Positions 28,767-38,254 of a stretch of DNA of 64,000 nt are shown one piece after another. The notes under the pieces were generated by a model that was not told the DNA's origin, made no database searches, and saw only the letters and a program-made list of their open reading frames with translations. A program made the position numbers and the translations under genes. Each line of letters starts with the position of its first letter. Position 1 is the stretch's first letter. The stretch covers positions 3,919 through 67,918 of the forward strand of contig JBKCGB010000071.1 of assembly GCA_046303375.1 (NCBI GenBank), in the 5' to 3' direction. This stretch comes from Roseiflexaceae bacterium (GTDB lineage: Bacteria; Chloroflexota; Chloroflexia; Chloroflexales; Roseiflexaceae).

Positions 28767-29426
28767 TTGATTGGGGCAAATCTGGTGCAAGCACAAATCG
28801 ATGCAGCACACGCCAACGAGCGTGCGACGCTTGCGACACTCCCAGTGTGTGATGACAATGGCGTGATTCTCTGTGATGTGCAAGGGGTTTCGTTGGCACT
28901 TCATGCACTCTACTATGGTCACCGCGATCTCGCGCACGCCATTGCAGCACGATGTACGCGTCTTGATTTGTTTAGTGCGGCCGCACTCAATCGAGTTGCA
29001 GCACTGCACTCAATGCTGCATGTAAACCCGATGAGAGTACATGATTGGGCAGGTGACGGTTTTCATGCGCTGGGTTTGGCGTGTTTCTTTGCCGCTCCAG
29101 ACACAGCACAGCTGTGTATTGCATCTGGCGCTGACGTCAACCGTGCCTCAAACAATCATTTCCACGTAGCACCTATACACTCCGCAGCTGCAGCCGATAA
29201 CATGAGAATCGTGCAGATGTTGCTCGACGCCGGTGCAGATGCCAATCTAGTACAGCACGACGGCTTTCGTGCACTACACACTGCGGCACAGCACGGCAAT
29301 CGGGCCATGTGCGCACTCTTGCTTGCCTATGGCGCAGACCGGTATGCACAGACGAGTCAAGGACTGACCGCACTCGATATCGCAGCAGCACACCAGCACA
29401 CACAGCTCCGAAATATACTCTTATAA
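28767..29426 (+). CDS. ankyrin-repeat protein
   Basis: At least three ANK repeats are visible (APIHSAAAADNMRIVQMLLDAGADAN; FRALHTAAQHGNRAMCALLLAYGADRY; LTALDIAAAHQH). The TTG start at 28767 is uncertain. Confidence 0.8.
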   Translation: MIGANLVQAQIDAAHANERATLATLPVCDDNGVILCDVQGVSLALHALYYGHRDLAHAIAARCTRLDLFSAAALNRVAALHSMLHVNPMRVHDWAGDGFHALGLACFFAAPDTAQLCIASGADVNRASNNHFHVAPIHSAAAADNMRIVQMLLDAGADANLVQHDGFRALHTAAQHGNRAMCALLLAYGADRYAQTSQGLTALDIAAAHQHTQLRNILL

Positions 29427-29430
29427 ACTG

Positions 29431-30348
29431 TTATGCGTCAGGGTTTGGATTCCACCAGCACGGTCCCTTGCCTGCACGCGCCTGCAGCGCACGTTGCTGG
29501 ATATCATCACGCTGCGCGGTAGTCAGTGGTTGGAACTGCGCATATGCGGCAAAGACGTGGTCTTGCTCGTTGGGAAAACTCATGCCCAACAAGGCCACAT
29601 CCGGATCAACGGTAAGCGTGAAATGCAGACACTCTGCAGGTGTTAATACATCACTACTGGCAGCCCCATCGATCCCTCCCGACGACCGCTTACCACGCGG
29701 TCGTTGTGTAAGTGGTGCGCCATACCCGGTCGTGTCAGCGACTAATTTGCCAGCTCCAAAGGTTTTAAAGCAGACACTCCCGACTCCCTGCGCTCGACAG
29801 AGGGGCAACGTATCGGTCATGTAGCGCGAATCAACAAACGCACCAATCGCAAACATGGCCACATCACACCATCCATCAAGAATCGCTTGGCGAAGGACAT
29901 CGGGATGATGAGAAGATATGCCCATGTGGCGGATTTTGCCCGCAGCTTTGAGATGCTTGGCTTCTGCGAACAAACCATTTGGTGCAGTCAGTCGCCTGTA
30001 TTCGTCTAGGCTTGACAGCCCGTGGAACAAATAGGCGTCAATATGCGAAAACCCCAAGCGCTGGAGTGATTCAGCAAGTTGATCAGTAAGCGGGCGCGTA
30101 AAATCATCAATTTTATCGATAACATAAACATCGTCCCGCCGCGATCGCACTGCTGCACCCACAATCTGCTCTGAAAATCCATCCTCGTAACCGGGAGCAG
30201 TATCCACGACATTAACCCCTGCATCCAATGCACGCGTTAGCGTCGCAACGCATGTCTCGAGCGGCAACGAACGGTCAGCAAGATCGCCGGCAGCGATTTG
30301 AGATGCCATAAATCCAGTCCGGCCAAGTGGTCGATAGCGCATTTGCAT
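29431..30348 (-). CDS. aldo/keto reductase
   Basis: The AKR motifs are VVDTAPGYEDGFSEQIVG, IDAYLFHG and HMGISSH. Confidence 0.85.
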   Translation of the reverse strand: MQMRYRPLGRTGFMASQIAAGDLADRSLPLETCVATLTRALDAGVNVVDTAPGYEDGFSEQIVGAAVRSRRDDVYVIDKIDDFTRPLTDQLAESLQRLGFSHIDAYLFHGLSSLDEYRRLTAPNGLFAEAKHLKAAGKIRHMGISSHHPDVLRQAILDGWCDVAMFAIGAFVDSRYMTDTLPLCRAQGVGSVCFKTFGAGKLVADTTGYGAPLTQRPRGKRSSGGIDGAASSDVLTPAECLHFTLTVDPDVALLGMSFPNEQDHVFAAYAQFQPLTTAQRDDIQQRALQARAGKGPCWWNPNPDA

Positions 30349-30356
30349 ACATACCT

Positions 30357-31115
30357 CTATGAATGCGACGTGTCTTCTTCGATATTTTTGTGGAGGCGTA
30401 CTGGCGCACTTGCACGCATGCGCATGTTGATCAGTTCCACGAGTACCGAGAAGCCCATAGCAAAGTATATATAGCCCTTTTCGATATGGAAGTCGAGGCC
30501 CTCGGCAACAAGCGACATACCGATCAACGTCAGAAATGAGAGTGCAAGTATCTTGAGCGTGGGGTGTTGGTCGATGAATCGGCTAAGTGTATCCGCAAAG
30601 AGGAGCATAATCATCATGGCAATTACGATGGAAGTAACCATGATTGGCAGATTATCTGACAACCCGACCGCAGTAATGACTGAATCCAACGAGAAGACGA
30701 TGTCAAGCAAGCCAATTTGCATGACCGTACTCCAAAAACTAGCCAGCTTACGTTGTGTACCAGCATCGGCATGGTGACCTTCGAGACTGTGGTGCATCTC
30801 AATGGTGCTCTTGGCAAGCAGAAATAACCCACCAGCCAGTAGAATCAAATCTCGGCCCGAGATTTCATATGATGCGACAACAAACAGGGGTTGCACGAGT
30901 TGCATAATCCACGTCAACGAAAAAAGTAGCAATATACGTGTAACTAACGCAACTATCAAGCCGATTCGACGCGCAGATTGTTGTTGTGCGGCGGGCAGTT
31001 TCCCCGCCAGAATAGCAATGAAAATCACATTATCGACACCGAGGACAACTTCGAGGAATGTAAGCGTAATAAGAGTGACAAGACCAGCCGACGTAAACAT
31101 TGATACCCAATCCAT
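30357..31115 (-). CDS. TerC-family integral membrane protein
   Basis: The TerC signature LGVDNVIFIAILAGKLP is present, with a second half DIVFSLDSVITAVG. A TAAGGAG RBS lies 6 nt upstream of ATG 31115. Confidence 0.9.
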   Translation of the reverse strand: MDWVSMFTSAGLVTLITLTFLEVVLGVDNVIFIAILAGKLPAAQQQSARRIGLIVALVTRILLLFSLTWIMQLVQPLFVVASYEISGRDLILLAGGLFLLAKSTIEMHHSLEGHHADAGTQRKLASFWSTVMQIGLLDIVFSLDSVITAVGLSDNLPIMVTSIVIAMMIMLLFADTLSRFIDQHPTLKILALSFLTLIGMSLVAEGLDFHIEKGYIYFAMGFSVLVELINMRMRASAPVRLHKNIEEDTSHS

Positions 31116-31289
31116 ATTAGACTCCTTAGAAACAATTCTGAAACATCACTCGTAATTGTATGATATTTCACTAAAAATTGCCTACGATTCCACCGAAATA
31201 ATCAAAACAATCATATATTCTATTGACGTTTGTATCACTGTTTGCTACTGTTGTACTGTATTTTCCATATCACCAATGGGAGCGAGTAT

Positions 31290-34200
31290 ATGTCAGTCCA
31301 AGGCACACGTCTCCGTGCAGTGGCGTTACACATCAGTCTGATTATCGCCACACTTGTTGCACTTTTCCCATTGCCTGAAACCACAGCAGCACATGTACTC
31401 ACACCCAAACGCATACTCACACCCAAAAAGACCACCGCCACATACGCAACTCCCGCCAACGAATCAGATTATTACGTGGTATTCGGCCAATCCAAAACAA
31501 CAACGTCGCGCACGGTTGTCCTGAACTGGAGCTCAGCGCCTAACGGCATTAGCACCTACAAAATCTATAGACGCACTGTACCTGGAGTGGCAGATACACT
31601 TGTGGGGACAACCGGCATCGTGCAATCGTCAAGTGATCTATCCACGATGTTGGGAACCGACGTGCAAAGTCGTCTCAGCGTCGCATTGAACACGACTGGA
31701 TTGATGACTGATACGCTGAGCATTTCTCAACTGTATGACACGTTTCTCAACCTCAATCAAGTATCGACGCCCGCTGAAACAATCACTAAAACGGTTATTG
31801 CAGCCCAACGCTATCCCGAACTCGCAAATGCCCTCGGCCTCGGATTCACTGACACGATGAGCACCAATCTGACAAGTGTATTGCGCTATACCGTCAAGGA
31901 AGCAGTAATCATTTCTGATGTACTGACTGAAATCACTGTTGGGAGTGTCACTATCAGTCCAGACGGACGCACGACTACAATTCCAACACCCTCAAATCTG
32001 CGTGAAGCTGGCGTATACGACGGACCGGGCGACCTGGGCATTATCAATTCACGGCGGATTATTACTGCCGCAGAACGCTACGATGCTCAAATCATGCAAA
32101 GTGAAATCAACAATGATGGCAAAGTTTATTTGATATGGGACAAAGGCCGCACTCTGGCAGTAAATCGTATGGTACGTGGCTATAATGTGTACCGACGATT
32201 ACCCACCGGAGTCATCGCCTCATGGACCAAACTTAACACAAATCCAGTCACAATGACTGCATCGCAACCATATGCGCCAAGTCGGTTTACTCAGGCTGAT
32301 GGACGCACATATGCGAGTTTTTACGATGATCCATACTTCTTTATTGACGACAGTAGCGGTTTTTCGTCCACATATCGTTCGTGGTCGTATCGCGTGTGCG
32401 CTGTTGACCTCGCTGGCACCGAAGGCGCATGTTCTGCATCTGTTACAGCGGTAAAACGCGATCTCACACCACCCACAGACGTAACCAACTTAACCGCGGC
32501 AAGTGTCTACCCTGCACCTGGCTCACGCGTGCCAAGTAGTGTGCGGTTGACCTGGAGTTATGCAGACGCTGCACAACTAATGCCATCGAATGGTGGTGAT
32601 TTACCAAAGTTTTTTATCACACGTGCTATTACAACCGGTATACGACTCAATAATTGGACGGTAGTTGCATCAAACATTGCATCTACTAGTGCCGTAACAG
32701 CAACCTATGTATTCACTGATACACCACCCATTAATACAATGTACTGGTACCGTATCCAAGTACGTGACAATGCCGGCAATTGGTCTGCCGCAAGCACACC
32801 TGTAAAAGGGGCCGTATACGATCGCTTACCACCAGCCAAGCCAGTATTGGCATCACCGCAAATGAAACGTCCATGCTATGACAAGCTTCCACCGCGCCTG
32901 CGTGTCACGAGTGACGTCAAACAAGTTGTCTTATCACGCCGATTATCACAAGCGGGTGAATGGCGAATTGTGCGGCGCTTGCGACCAAATACTGCTCGAG
33001 GCAATCCGCTCGGCGTGGATATTGTTGACAAATACGTCACACCACTACCCAACACACCTGTCTATTACAAAATCGAATACTTTGATGCTTACGGTAACGT
33101 GAGTGAGCCTGCGGTATTGTGTGTCCGTGGCAATAGTCCAAATGACCTGGTACCACCCCGCTTTCGCGTTAATATTGGCAACAACGAAAATGGTGCAATG
33201 CGCACCGTGACGGTCGACTTTGGCGGAACAACAGATATTTTTTCACGAACGGTTGTGATTGCACGGCCAACATCAACGAATCCGGTGGCAGTCACGAATA
33301 ATGTGGTACCTGGAAATGCGAGCACGTACAGCTTTCAAATCGATGTTGGCGAATCATTACGTGTGGGAGCAGTCGCATCGGCGCTCACCGCTACAACAAC
33401 GCTTTCTACGACACTAAACAGCCGCTGGTTACGTAATGTCAATAATTTCTTGAATCTGAATGCTAACCCTGCAGCAACAACATTTCTTGATACACCGCGC
33501 AACATGACTAATTTGGGCACGTTGTCGGTGATGCGTAGTAGTCGCAACAACGAGAGCTGTACTGAAACAAGCACATCACCGATGAAGGTCTGCGCTACGA
33601 TTAGTAACACGGGCTACCTCAAAAACGAAAAGCCACCCATGGTTGCACTCTTTCGGCGTATCGTACCCAGTGTCATCGGCACACAAGCTGCCAACAGTGT
33701 GCCATGGATTCAAGTAACACCGATTACAGAATGGACACTTAAAGGACGCATGTATATCGTAGAAGACACGACCGTGTTTGATCCTAGCCGTTCCTACGAG
33801 TACATGGCTGTCGCACATAGCAGCACAAGTTATGAAGTAATTGGTTACTTTGGTGCAACGACGCTGATTGGGCTCAAACCAACATCAACGGTTGTTGATA
33901 TCGGCATGCCAGCAACGATTTCGACAGTCCCAAATGCACTTCCTGCCCGTTGTATCGTGAGCGGGATGTTGGCGACTGCTGAATACCTCGAAATCAACGA
34001 ATCGAATTTAAGCGCGCTCCCGCCGTATTTCGCAGACGAGAATGGAGACGTATCCAATACTTTTAGTTTGGGCAATAATTTCACCTTTACTGCAGACAAG
34101 ATTATCCGTGCAAAAACAAGTACGTGTGCGATCGTCGACCCAGCGACTACCAACAAAGAACTCTATCTCGTTGGTACTGTCTCAGCAGGATCACGCATCG

Positions 34201-37200
34201 TCAACAGCAACGTGGCAGTGTATCGAGCGGCACTAAGTGCCCCTGGAGTGTTCGAATCGACGAGTTTTGTTGTCCCGTTTCCACCTGCAGCGGCAGTATC
34301 AAGCATCACATCGCTCGATGCGAATGGCTTCACGGTCAAAATTCGTGATTTGGTTTATCAAGTGAATGCAACAGGTATTATGACAAGTACGACGGCATTA
34401 ACGGTCACACTGCCGGCACACCTACGCATCGCAGTCGACACGACCGAACCGATTCGGTCGCAACGACGGGCTGGCACCGTAGTACTGCATACAACTGTGT
34501 TGGATGGAAACTACGATGTCGATGGATTTGTGGACGACATTACCAGTAATGCGCCATTTTCATTTGCTGCAAGCAGTACGCAACGTGGTGCAGTCATCAT
34601 CGATGAGTTTTCACCGTGGTTTTATCGGATAGGTGGTCTCGTACGGATTGTTGCTGATGCCTCAGCACTTTCGTTTGATGCAGTCCAAGCATTCAGTCGC
34701 ACCACGTACACATATAGTTCTGCACAATATACCAATCTCGTCCCAGACAATAATGCGGCATTTACTGGCACATTTGGCAGCGGTGGGCGCGATTATGTCT
34801 ATGATAGTGCGGATACAACGATTACCATGGGTGGCGTTCAAGCTAATTTGCTACGAACGAGTGGAATCAGCTATGTGACATCATACCCCGCTGGCATTCA
34901 AATCGAAGCACTGGGCGGAGCAGCGTTTAAATTAACTGATAGTGTGATTACAACGGGGATGTTGATAACACCAACGGTACGCATGAAGCATATGATTCGG
35001 GATAGCGATACCAGTTATGCGAAAGTTATTTCTGGTCGACCAGTCTTTATGCGTGGGCATTATCTCGCCATCGACAAGTTGTTTACATATGTGCCAACAA
35101 ATACGACTCAGCTCATTACCATCGATACTGCAGACACCATGTCGTTTGGCGAGGCGGGCACCATGATAGCACCTGTTTCGACCTCAGATACAATTCGATG
35201 GCCGGGTTTCACGATGGAGCCGATGTCCGACACGGTAGACATGACACTGTATCTGGCACCAGCAACCCCGATTGGCATGAGTTCGACATACAACACCATC
35301 CCAGAGCCAGCAGAATCAGCATGGGAGCAGATTGATCTTGGGTATTCAGATGAATCTGACCTCGATCCTGGTCTCAACTTTAATGGCGAAAATACGGTGA
35401 AGTATGCATGCTACGGTACTGGGGTTTTCAGTGCCAAAATGGATACGTACCTGCGATATGGCGGATTCAGTGAACATCTCATCCTGCAGGGTCTAGGCGA
35501 CACGGTTAAAAACAACATGACTGGATACGATGAATCACTGACGAAGTTTAGTGCTATCTTTGCAGACAATGTCATCGTAGACCCGAGTGATGTCGAAAGC
35601 GAACTCATACTCCCATACCCGAGTGATGTGACATTACCGCTCAATTCAAACATCTTTGATGGCAATGGTTGCCCTGTGGGTGGTGAAATTGGAGGTGGGG
35701 GTGGTTCCAATTTAAACCACCGGTATTGGAATTTCTCACAACAAGCGTTGACATACGGGTACGCATCCGGTGTCACTCTTTCTCGCTACGTGACACAATA
35801 CTTAGTAAGTAATGGCTTGCCTAACAACTCGACCAACGTGGCGTTGGCTCGCACAAAACTTCCAGCTGTGATTCTGCAAATTGGCGGCAACATGCAACCG
35901 CTCGCAGCGCGGAATCAAGCCAACAGTCAAGCGTCCATTGCCGGCATAAGTGAATGGCTCCCAAATGGTGAATTCGGCAATGTGACACTGACTGCTCCCG
36001 TGGAAATCTTTAACAGTGGCATGCCATTTACATTAAACGACATCATACTCAATCGCTACAGTGATAAGTTCCTCGAAGCGGGAGACCCATCAACGGCAGG
36101 ATTTGGTCCAAAAGTCAGCGGTTTGCCAAGCAAACTACTTGATCCTGATACAGGAGAGCTCACGCAAACTTCACTGAGTGCCTGTATTAGCGCCACCAGT
36201 GAACCACTCGGTTGTGGTTTACAAATCCTCGATGGCAACAATTCGTTGAAGTATTTTGGTGAACCAGAAACATGTGGTCCTTCATCTGGTGTTACCTGTG
36301 TCAGTCCAGCAGGGACAACGATGCTCCCACGCGACTTCTTGCAGTCGCGCTCAGGAGGAAGCAACACACCGACAGGTGATGGATCAATCGGAAGTGCGGG
36401 TGACGGTAGTGACGAAGGCGATACGTTGTGGAACCCGGTACTCGTCCAGTTCATGTGGGATCTCGGTGGTGCAGCTCTCGATATTCCTATCCCGCTCGTC
36501 TTTATTGCCAACAAATCAGGTGGAGTCTTTGCTGGCATGTTCAAAAAGCAGTCACTTCTACCTGGCACTGCCGAAGTCTTTCAGACGGACATTTCAGTAG
36601 TAGTGAATGGACGCCTGAGCGCGAGTGTCTTTACTACAGACATTGGAATTTTCTTTGGGTATGCGGCCAGCCAAGCATCCTTGCGCGCCCTCGCCACACA
36701 TCGCCCCAACAATGACAACAGTGGCTTTGAAGCACATGAACCGTTTAGTGTCGTCAAAGATGATGTCAAAAAATGGTCAAAAGCGTTCGGCTACGGTAAT
36801 TATGACAACTCCAACGACAACGACGACCCGGTAGATATGCTGGAAGATATGTGGACTGGACACACTGTCAACAGCACAACATATACATGGGCAAACGTCC
36901 AAGATGGTAACCCGAGCAAGTCGTCGTTGCACGACTATCAAAACGTATTCAAGTTTCTCGAGCCAAAGTTGAAAGCGAGTCTGGCCACAGAATCATACAA
37001 CGATGCCACACAAGGGATTACACCGCTCAAACAAGGCACAGTACTGGCGAATGCATGTACAACCATGAAAAATGGACACGGTGCGGCCCAATTCCAGCTG
37101 GTCGGTACTGATTTCTATGTCAAAGAAATTGCATTCGGCACGTATATTGATATCAAGAATACGGCATCGAGTAGCAGTTGTGACACTGGTGGAGACTCGC

Positions 37201-38033
37201 TGCTCACCATTGATCGCGTCTCCGTGTATATTACCGGGGATGGTGAAATTACTATTCTTGGGAATCATGTGAAAACCGAAATTCTCGAACGCAACGTCGA
37301 GTTTGACGTGCAGCTCGTGATTGGCACAAGCGCTGGTAATCAACGCATCGAAGGTGGTCTAAAACTCTACGCATTAAAGGTGGCATCCGTTGATTTCACC
37401 AACATTGGTGTGGTGTTTGGCGTGGGTCAATACAACAGTCAACGCATCGGCTACTTCGGGTTTGGTGGCACTGGTAAATTCAAAGGGTACAGCGTCTCTG
37501 CATCATTTGTCTTTGGTATGTTGTCACCTAGTTCCGCGGTCCTACGTGCTCAGTACGGTTCACTCATGACAAAGCTTGCCGCCGACAAAGGGAGCGCAAG
37601 TGTCTTTAGTGGCGTCTACATCAGTGTCGGCATCGAAGTACCCATCTACACCGATGGCTGCATGCGCGAAGTCAAAGCCAATGGTGAATTACGTGGCTGG
37701 TACTTCAAACAAATATCGCCGCCATCGGGCACGCCAATATCGTGGGGCGGTTATATTAGCGCAGGTGTGTATGGCGAGGCAGCGTGTTTGGTCAGCGCCC
37801 GTGGTCAACTTTCACTCGAACTGTACGAAACTACGGGTATCTTGCATTTTGACGGGCAAGCATGGCTAGCTGGTGGTGTCGGCGACTGTGAGCCGAACAC
37901 GTGGAATAGTTGGGGTGGTCGGTGGTGGGGCGATTCCTGGTGTGCCCAAGCCGGCGCCATGGTACAGGTCAACTATGCAGAAAACAGTGGCTGGGATGTT
38001 GACTATGATCTTGCCGTGGAATCAGTATGGTAA
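31290..38033 (+). CDS. giant secreted or surface protein (~2247 aa) with N-terminal FN3-like modules and a long uncharacterised beta-rich region
   Basis: GGGAG lies 7 nt upstream of ATG 31290, whereas the ORF-track TTG 31230 falls in an AT-rich promoter region. The signal-like N-terminus is MSVQGTRLRAVALHISLIIATLVALFPLPETTAAHV. FN3-like strands (YKIYRR, YNVYRR, YRVCAVDLAGTEG, YWYRIQVRDNAGNWS, YYKIEYFDAYGNVS) are separated by D-x-x-PP linkers at ~32459, ~32820 and ~33143. I recognised no sorting motif. Confidence 0.85.
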   Translation: MSVQGTRLRAVALHISLIIATLVALFPLPETTAAHVLTPKRILTPKKTTATYATPANESDYYVVFGQSKTTTSRTVVLNWSSAPNGISTYKIYRRTVPGVADTLVGTTGIVQSSSDLSTMLGTDVQSRLSVALNTTGLMTDTLSISQLYDTFLNLNQVSTPAETITKTVIAAQRYPELANALGLGFTDTMSTNLTSVLRYTVKEAVIISDVLTEITVGSVTISPDGRTTTIPTPSNLREAGVYDGPGDLGIINSRRIITAAERYDAQIMQSEINNDGKVYLIWDKGRTLAVNRMVRGYNVYRRLPTGVIASWTKLNTNPVTMTASQPYAPSRFTQADGRTYASFYDDPYFFIDDSSGFSSTYRSWSYRVCAVDLAGTEGACSASVTAVKRDLTPPTDVTNLTAASVYPAPGSRVPSSVRLTWSYADAAQLMPSNGGDLPKFFITRAITTGIRLNNWTVVASNIASTSAVTATYVFTDTPPINTMYWYRIQVRDNAGNWSAASTPVKGAVYDRLPPAKPVLASPQMKRPCYDKLPPRLRVTSDVKQVVLSRRLSQAGEWRIVRRLRPNTARGNPLGVDIVDKYVTPLPNTPVYYKIEYFDAYGNVSEPAVLCVRGNSPNDLVPPRFRVNIGNNENGAMRTVTVDFGGTTDIFSRTVVIARPTSTNPVAVTNNVVPGNASTYSFQIDVGESLRVGAVASALTATTTLSTTLNSRWLRNVNNFLNLNANPAATTFLDTPRNMTNLGTLSVMRSSRNNESCTETSTSPMKVCATISNTGYLKNEKPPMVALFRRIVPSVIGTQAANSVPWIQVTPITEWTLKGRMYIVEDTTVFDPSRSYEYMAVAHSSTSYEVIGYFGATTLIGLKPTSTVVDIGMPATISTVPNALPARCIVSGMLATAEYLEINESNLSALPPYFADENGDVSNTFSLGNNFTFTADKIIRAKTSTCAIVDPATTNKELYLVGTVSAGSRIVNSNVAVYRAALSAPGVFESTSFVVPFPPAAAVSSITSLDANGFTVKIRDLVYQVNATGIMTSTTALTVTLPAHLRIAVDTTEPIRSQRRAGTVVLHTTVLDGNYDVDGFVDDITSNAPFSFAASSTQRGAVIIDEFSPWFYRIGGLVRIVADASALSFDAVQAFSRTTYTYSSAQYTNLVPDNNAAFTGTFGSGGRDYVYDSADTTITMGGVQANLLRTSGISYVTSYPAGIQIEALGGAAFKLTDSVITTGMLITPTVRMKHMIRDSDTSYAKVISGRPVFMRGHYLAIDKLFTYVPTNTTQLITIDTADTMSFGEAGTMIAPVSTSDTIRWPGFTMEPMSDTVDMTLYLAPATPIGMSSTYNTIPEPAESAWEQIDLGYSDESDLDPGLNFNGENTVKYACYGTGVFSAKMDTYLRYGGFSEHLILQGLGDTVKNNMTGYDESLTKFSAIFADNVIVDPSDVESELILPYPSDVTLPLNSNIFDGNGCPVGGEIGGGGGSNLNHRYWNFSQQALTYGYASGVTLSRYVTQYLVSNGLPNNSTNVALARTKLPAVILQIGGNMQPLAARNQANSQASIAGISEWLPNGEFGNVTLTAPVEIFNSGMPFTLNDIILNRYSDKFLEAGDPSTAGFGPKVSGLPSKLLDPDTGELTQTSLSACISATSEPLGCGLQILDGNNSLKYFGEPETCGPSSGVTCVSPAGTTMLPRDFLQSRSGGSNTPTGDGSIGSAGDGSDEGDTLWNPVLVQFMWDLGGAALDIPIPLVFIANKSGGVFAGMFKKQSLLPGTAEVFQTDISVVVNGRLSASVFTTDIGIFFGYAASQASLRALATHRPNNDNSGFEAHEPFSVVKDDVKKWSKAFGYGNYDNSNDNDDPVDMLEDMWTGHTVNSTTYTWANVQDGNPSKSSLHDYQNVFKFLEPKLKASLATESYNDATQGITPLKQGTVLANACTTMKNGHGAAQFQLVGTDFYVKEIAFGTYIDIKNTASSSSCDTGGDSLLTIDRVSVYITGDGEITILGNHVKTEILERNVEFDVQLVIGTSAGNQRIEGGLKLYALKVASVDFTNIGVVFGVGQYNSQRIGYFGFGGTGKFKGYSVSASFVFGMLSPSSAVLRAQYGSLMTKLAADKGSASVFSGVYISVGIEVPIYTDGCMREVKANGELRGWYFKQISPPSGTPISWGGYISAGVYGEAACLVSARGQLSLELYETTGILHFDGQAWLAGGVGDCEPNTWNSWGGRWWGDSWCAQAGAMVQVNYAENSGWDVDYDLAVESVW

Positions 38034-38037
38034 CCGC

Positions 38038-38067
38038 TTGACAAAGCGTATTCTGGCATGATACGCT
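38038..38067 (+). promoter_or_regulatory. possible promoter TTGACA-N18-(TGa)TACGCT overlapping an 8-bp hairpin
   Basis: A consensus -35 TTGACA lies at 38038-38043. A weak -10 TACGCT at 38062-38067 is preceded by a TGn extension. The hairpin AAGCGTAT-N9-ATACGCTT (38044-38068) occupies the spacer. Confidence 0.3.
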
Positions 38068-38102
38068 TATGGCGAGTTCATGCAAGCGATGAAAGGAGCC
38101 GA

Positions 38103-38156
38103 ATGATGAATACAAGTGCACTGAGTTCGGTCAACCTGAATCGCCTGCCCCGTTAG
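38103..38156 (+). CDS. 17-codon mini-ORF (MMNTSALSSVNLNRLPR), candidate leader peptide or small protein
   Basis: AAAGGAG (38092-38098) lies 4 nt upstream of ATG 38103 and 7 nt upstream of ATG 38106. The stop is TAG at 38154-38156. A strong intrinsic terminator follows 21 nt later. It falls below the 60-aa cutoff of the ORF track. Confidence 0.4.
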   Translation: MMNTSALSSVNLNRLPR

Positions 38157-38177
38157 TACGCGATATTTCGCATTCCG

Positions 38178-38210
38178 ACGACCGCAGGCTGTGCCTGCGG
38201 TCGTTTTGTT
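38178..38210 (+). terminator. intrinsic terminator
   Basis: ACGACCGCAGG-CTGTG-CCTGCGGTCGT forms an 11-bp perfect stem with a 5-nt loop, followed by TTTGTT. Confidence 0.85.
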
Positions 38211-38240
38211 GCCGCTGCACCTGATGTGTAGCGGTTTTTT
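38211..38240 (+). terminator. second, weaker terminator-like hairpin with a T6 tract
   Basis: GCCGCT-N13-AGCGGT forms a 6-bp stem with one G-U pair, followed by TTTTTT. It ends 14 nt upstream of the rsgA ATG. Confidence 0.35.
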
Positions 38241-38254
38241 GTACAAAGAAAGTC

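Noticed and set aside
31116-31289. Searched upstream of terC for a yybP-ykoY (Mn2+) riboswitch, which often precedes TerC-family genes
   Set aside because: The minus-strand leader is AT-rich. It lacks the conserved GGGGAGUAG and GAGAC-type elements and any obvious four-helix arrangement. Only a TAAGGAG RBS is evident.
31230-31289. TTG-initiated 20-codon N-terminal extension of the giant ORF (MYHCLLLLYCIFHITNGSEY)
   Set aside because: It lies in the AT-rich promoter region. A GGGAG RBS sits inside it, 7 nt upstream of ATG 31290, which begins a canonical signal peptide.
35690-35712. G-rich run (ggaggtgggggtggttcc) as a possible G-quadruplex or slippery site
   Set aside because: It simply encodes a Gly linker (GGGGGS) in frame. 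There is only one short tract and no repeat context.
36056-36568. 170-aa minus-strand ORF and several 60-120-aa ORFs on both strands inside the giant gene
   Set aside because: The 6.7-kb plus-strand frame is uninterrupted and has coherent domain-like periodicity. The embedded ORFs are Pro/Ser/Gly-rich shadows.
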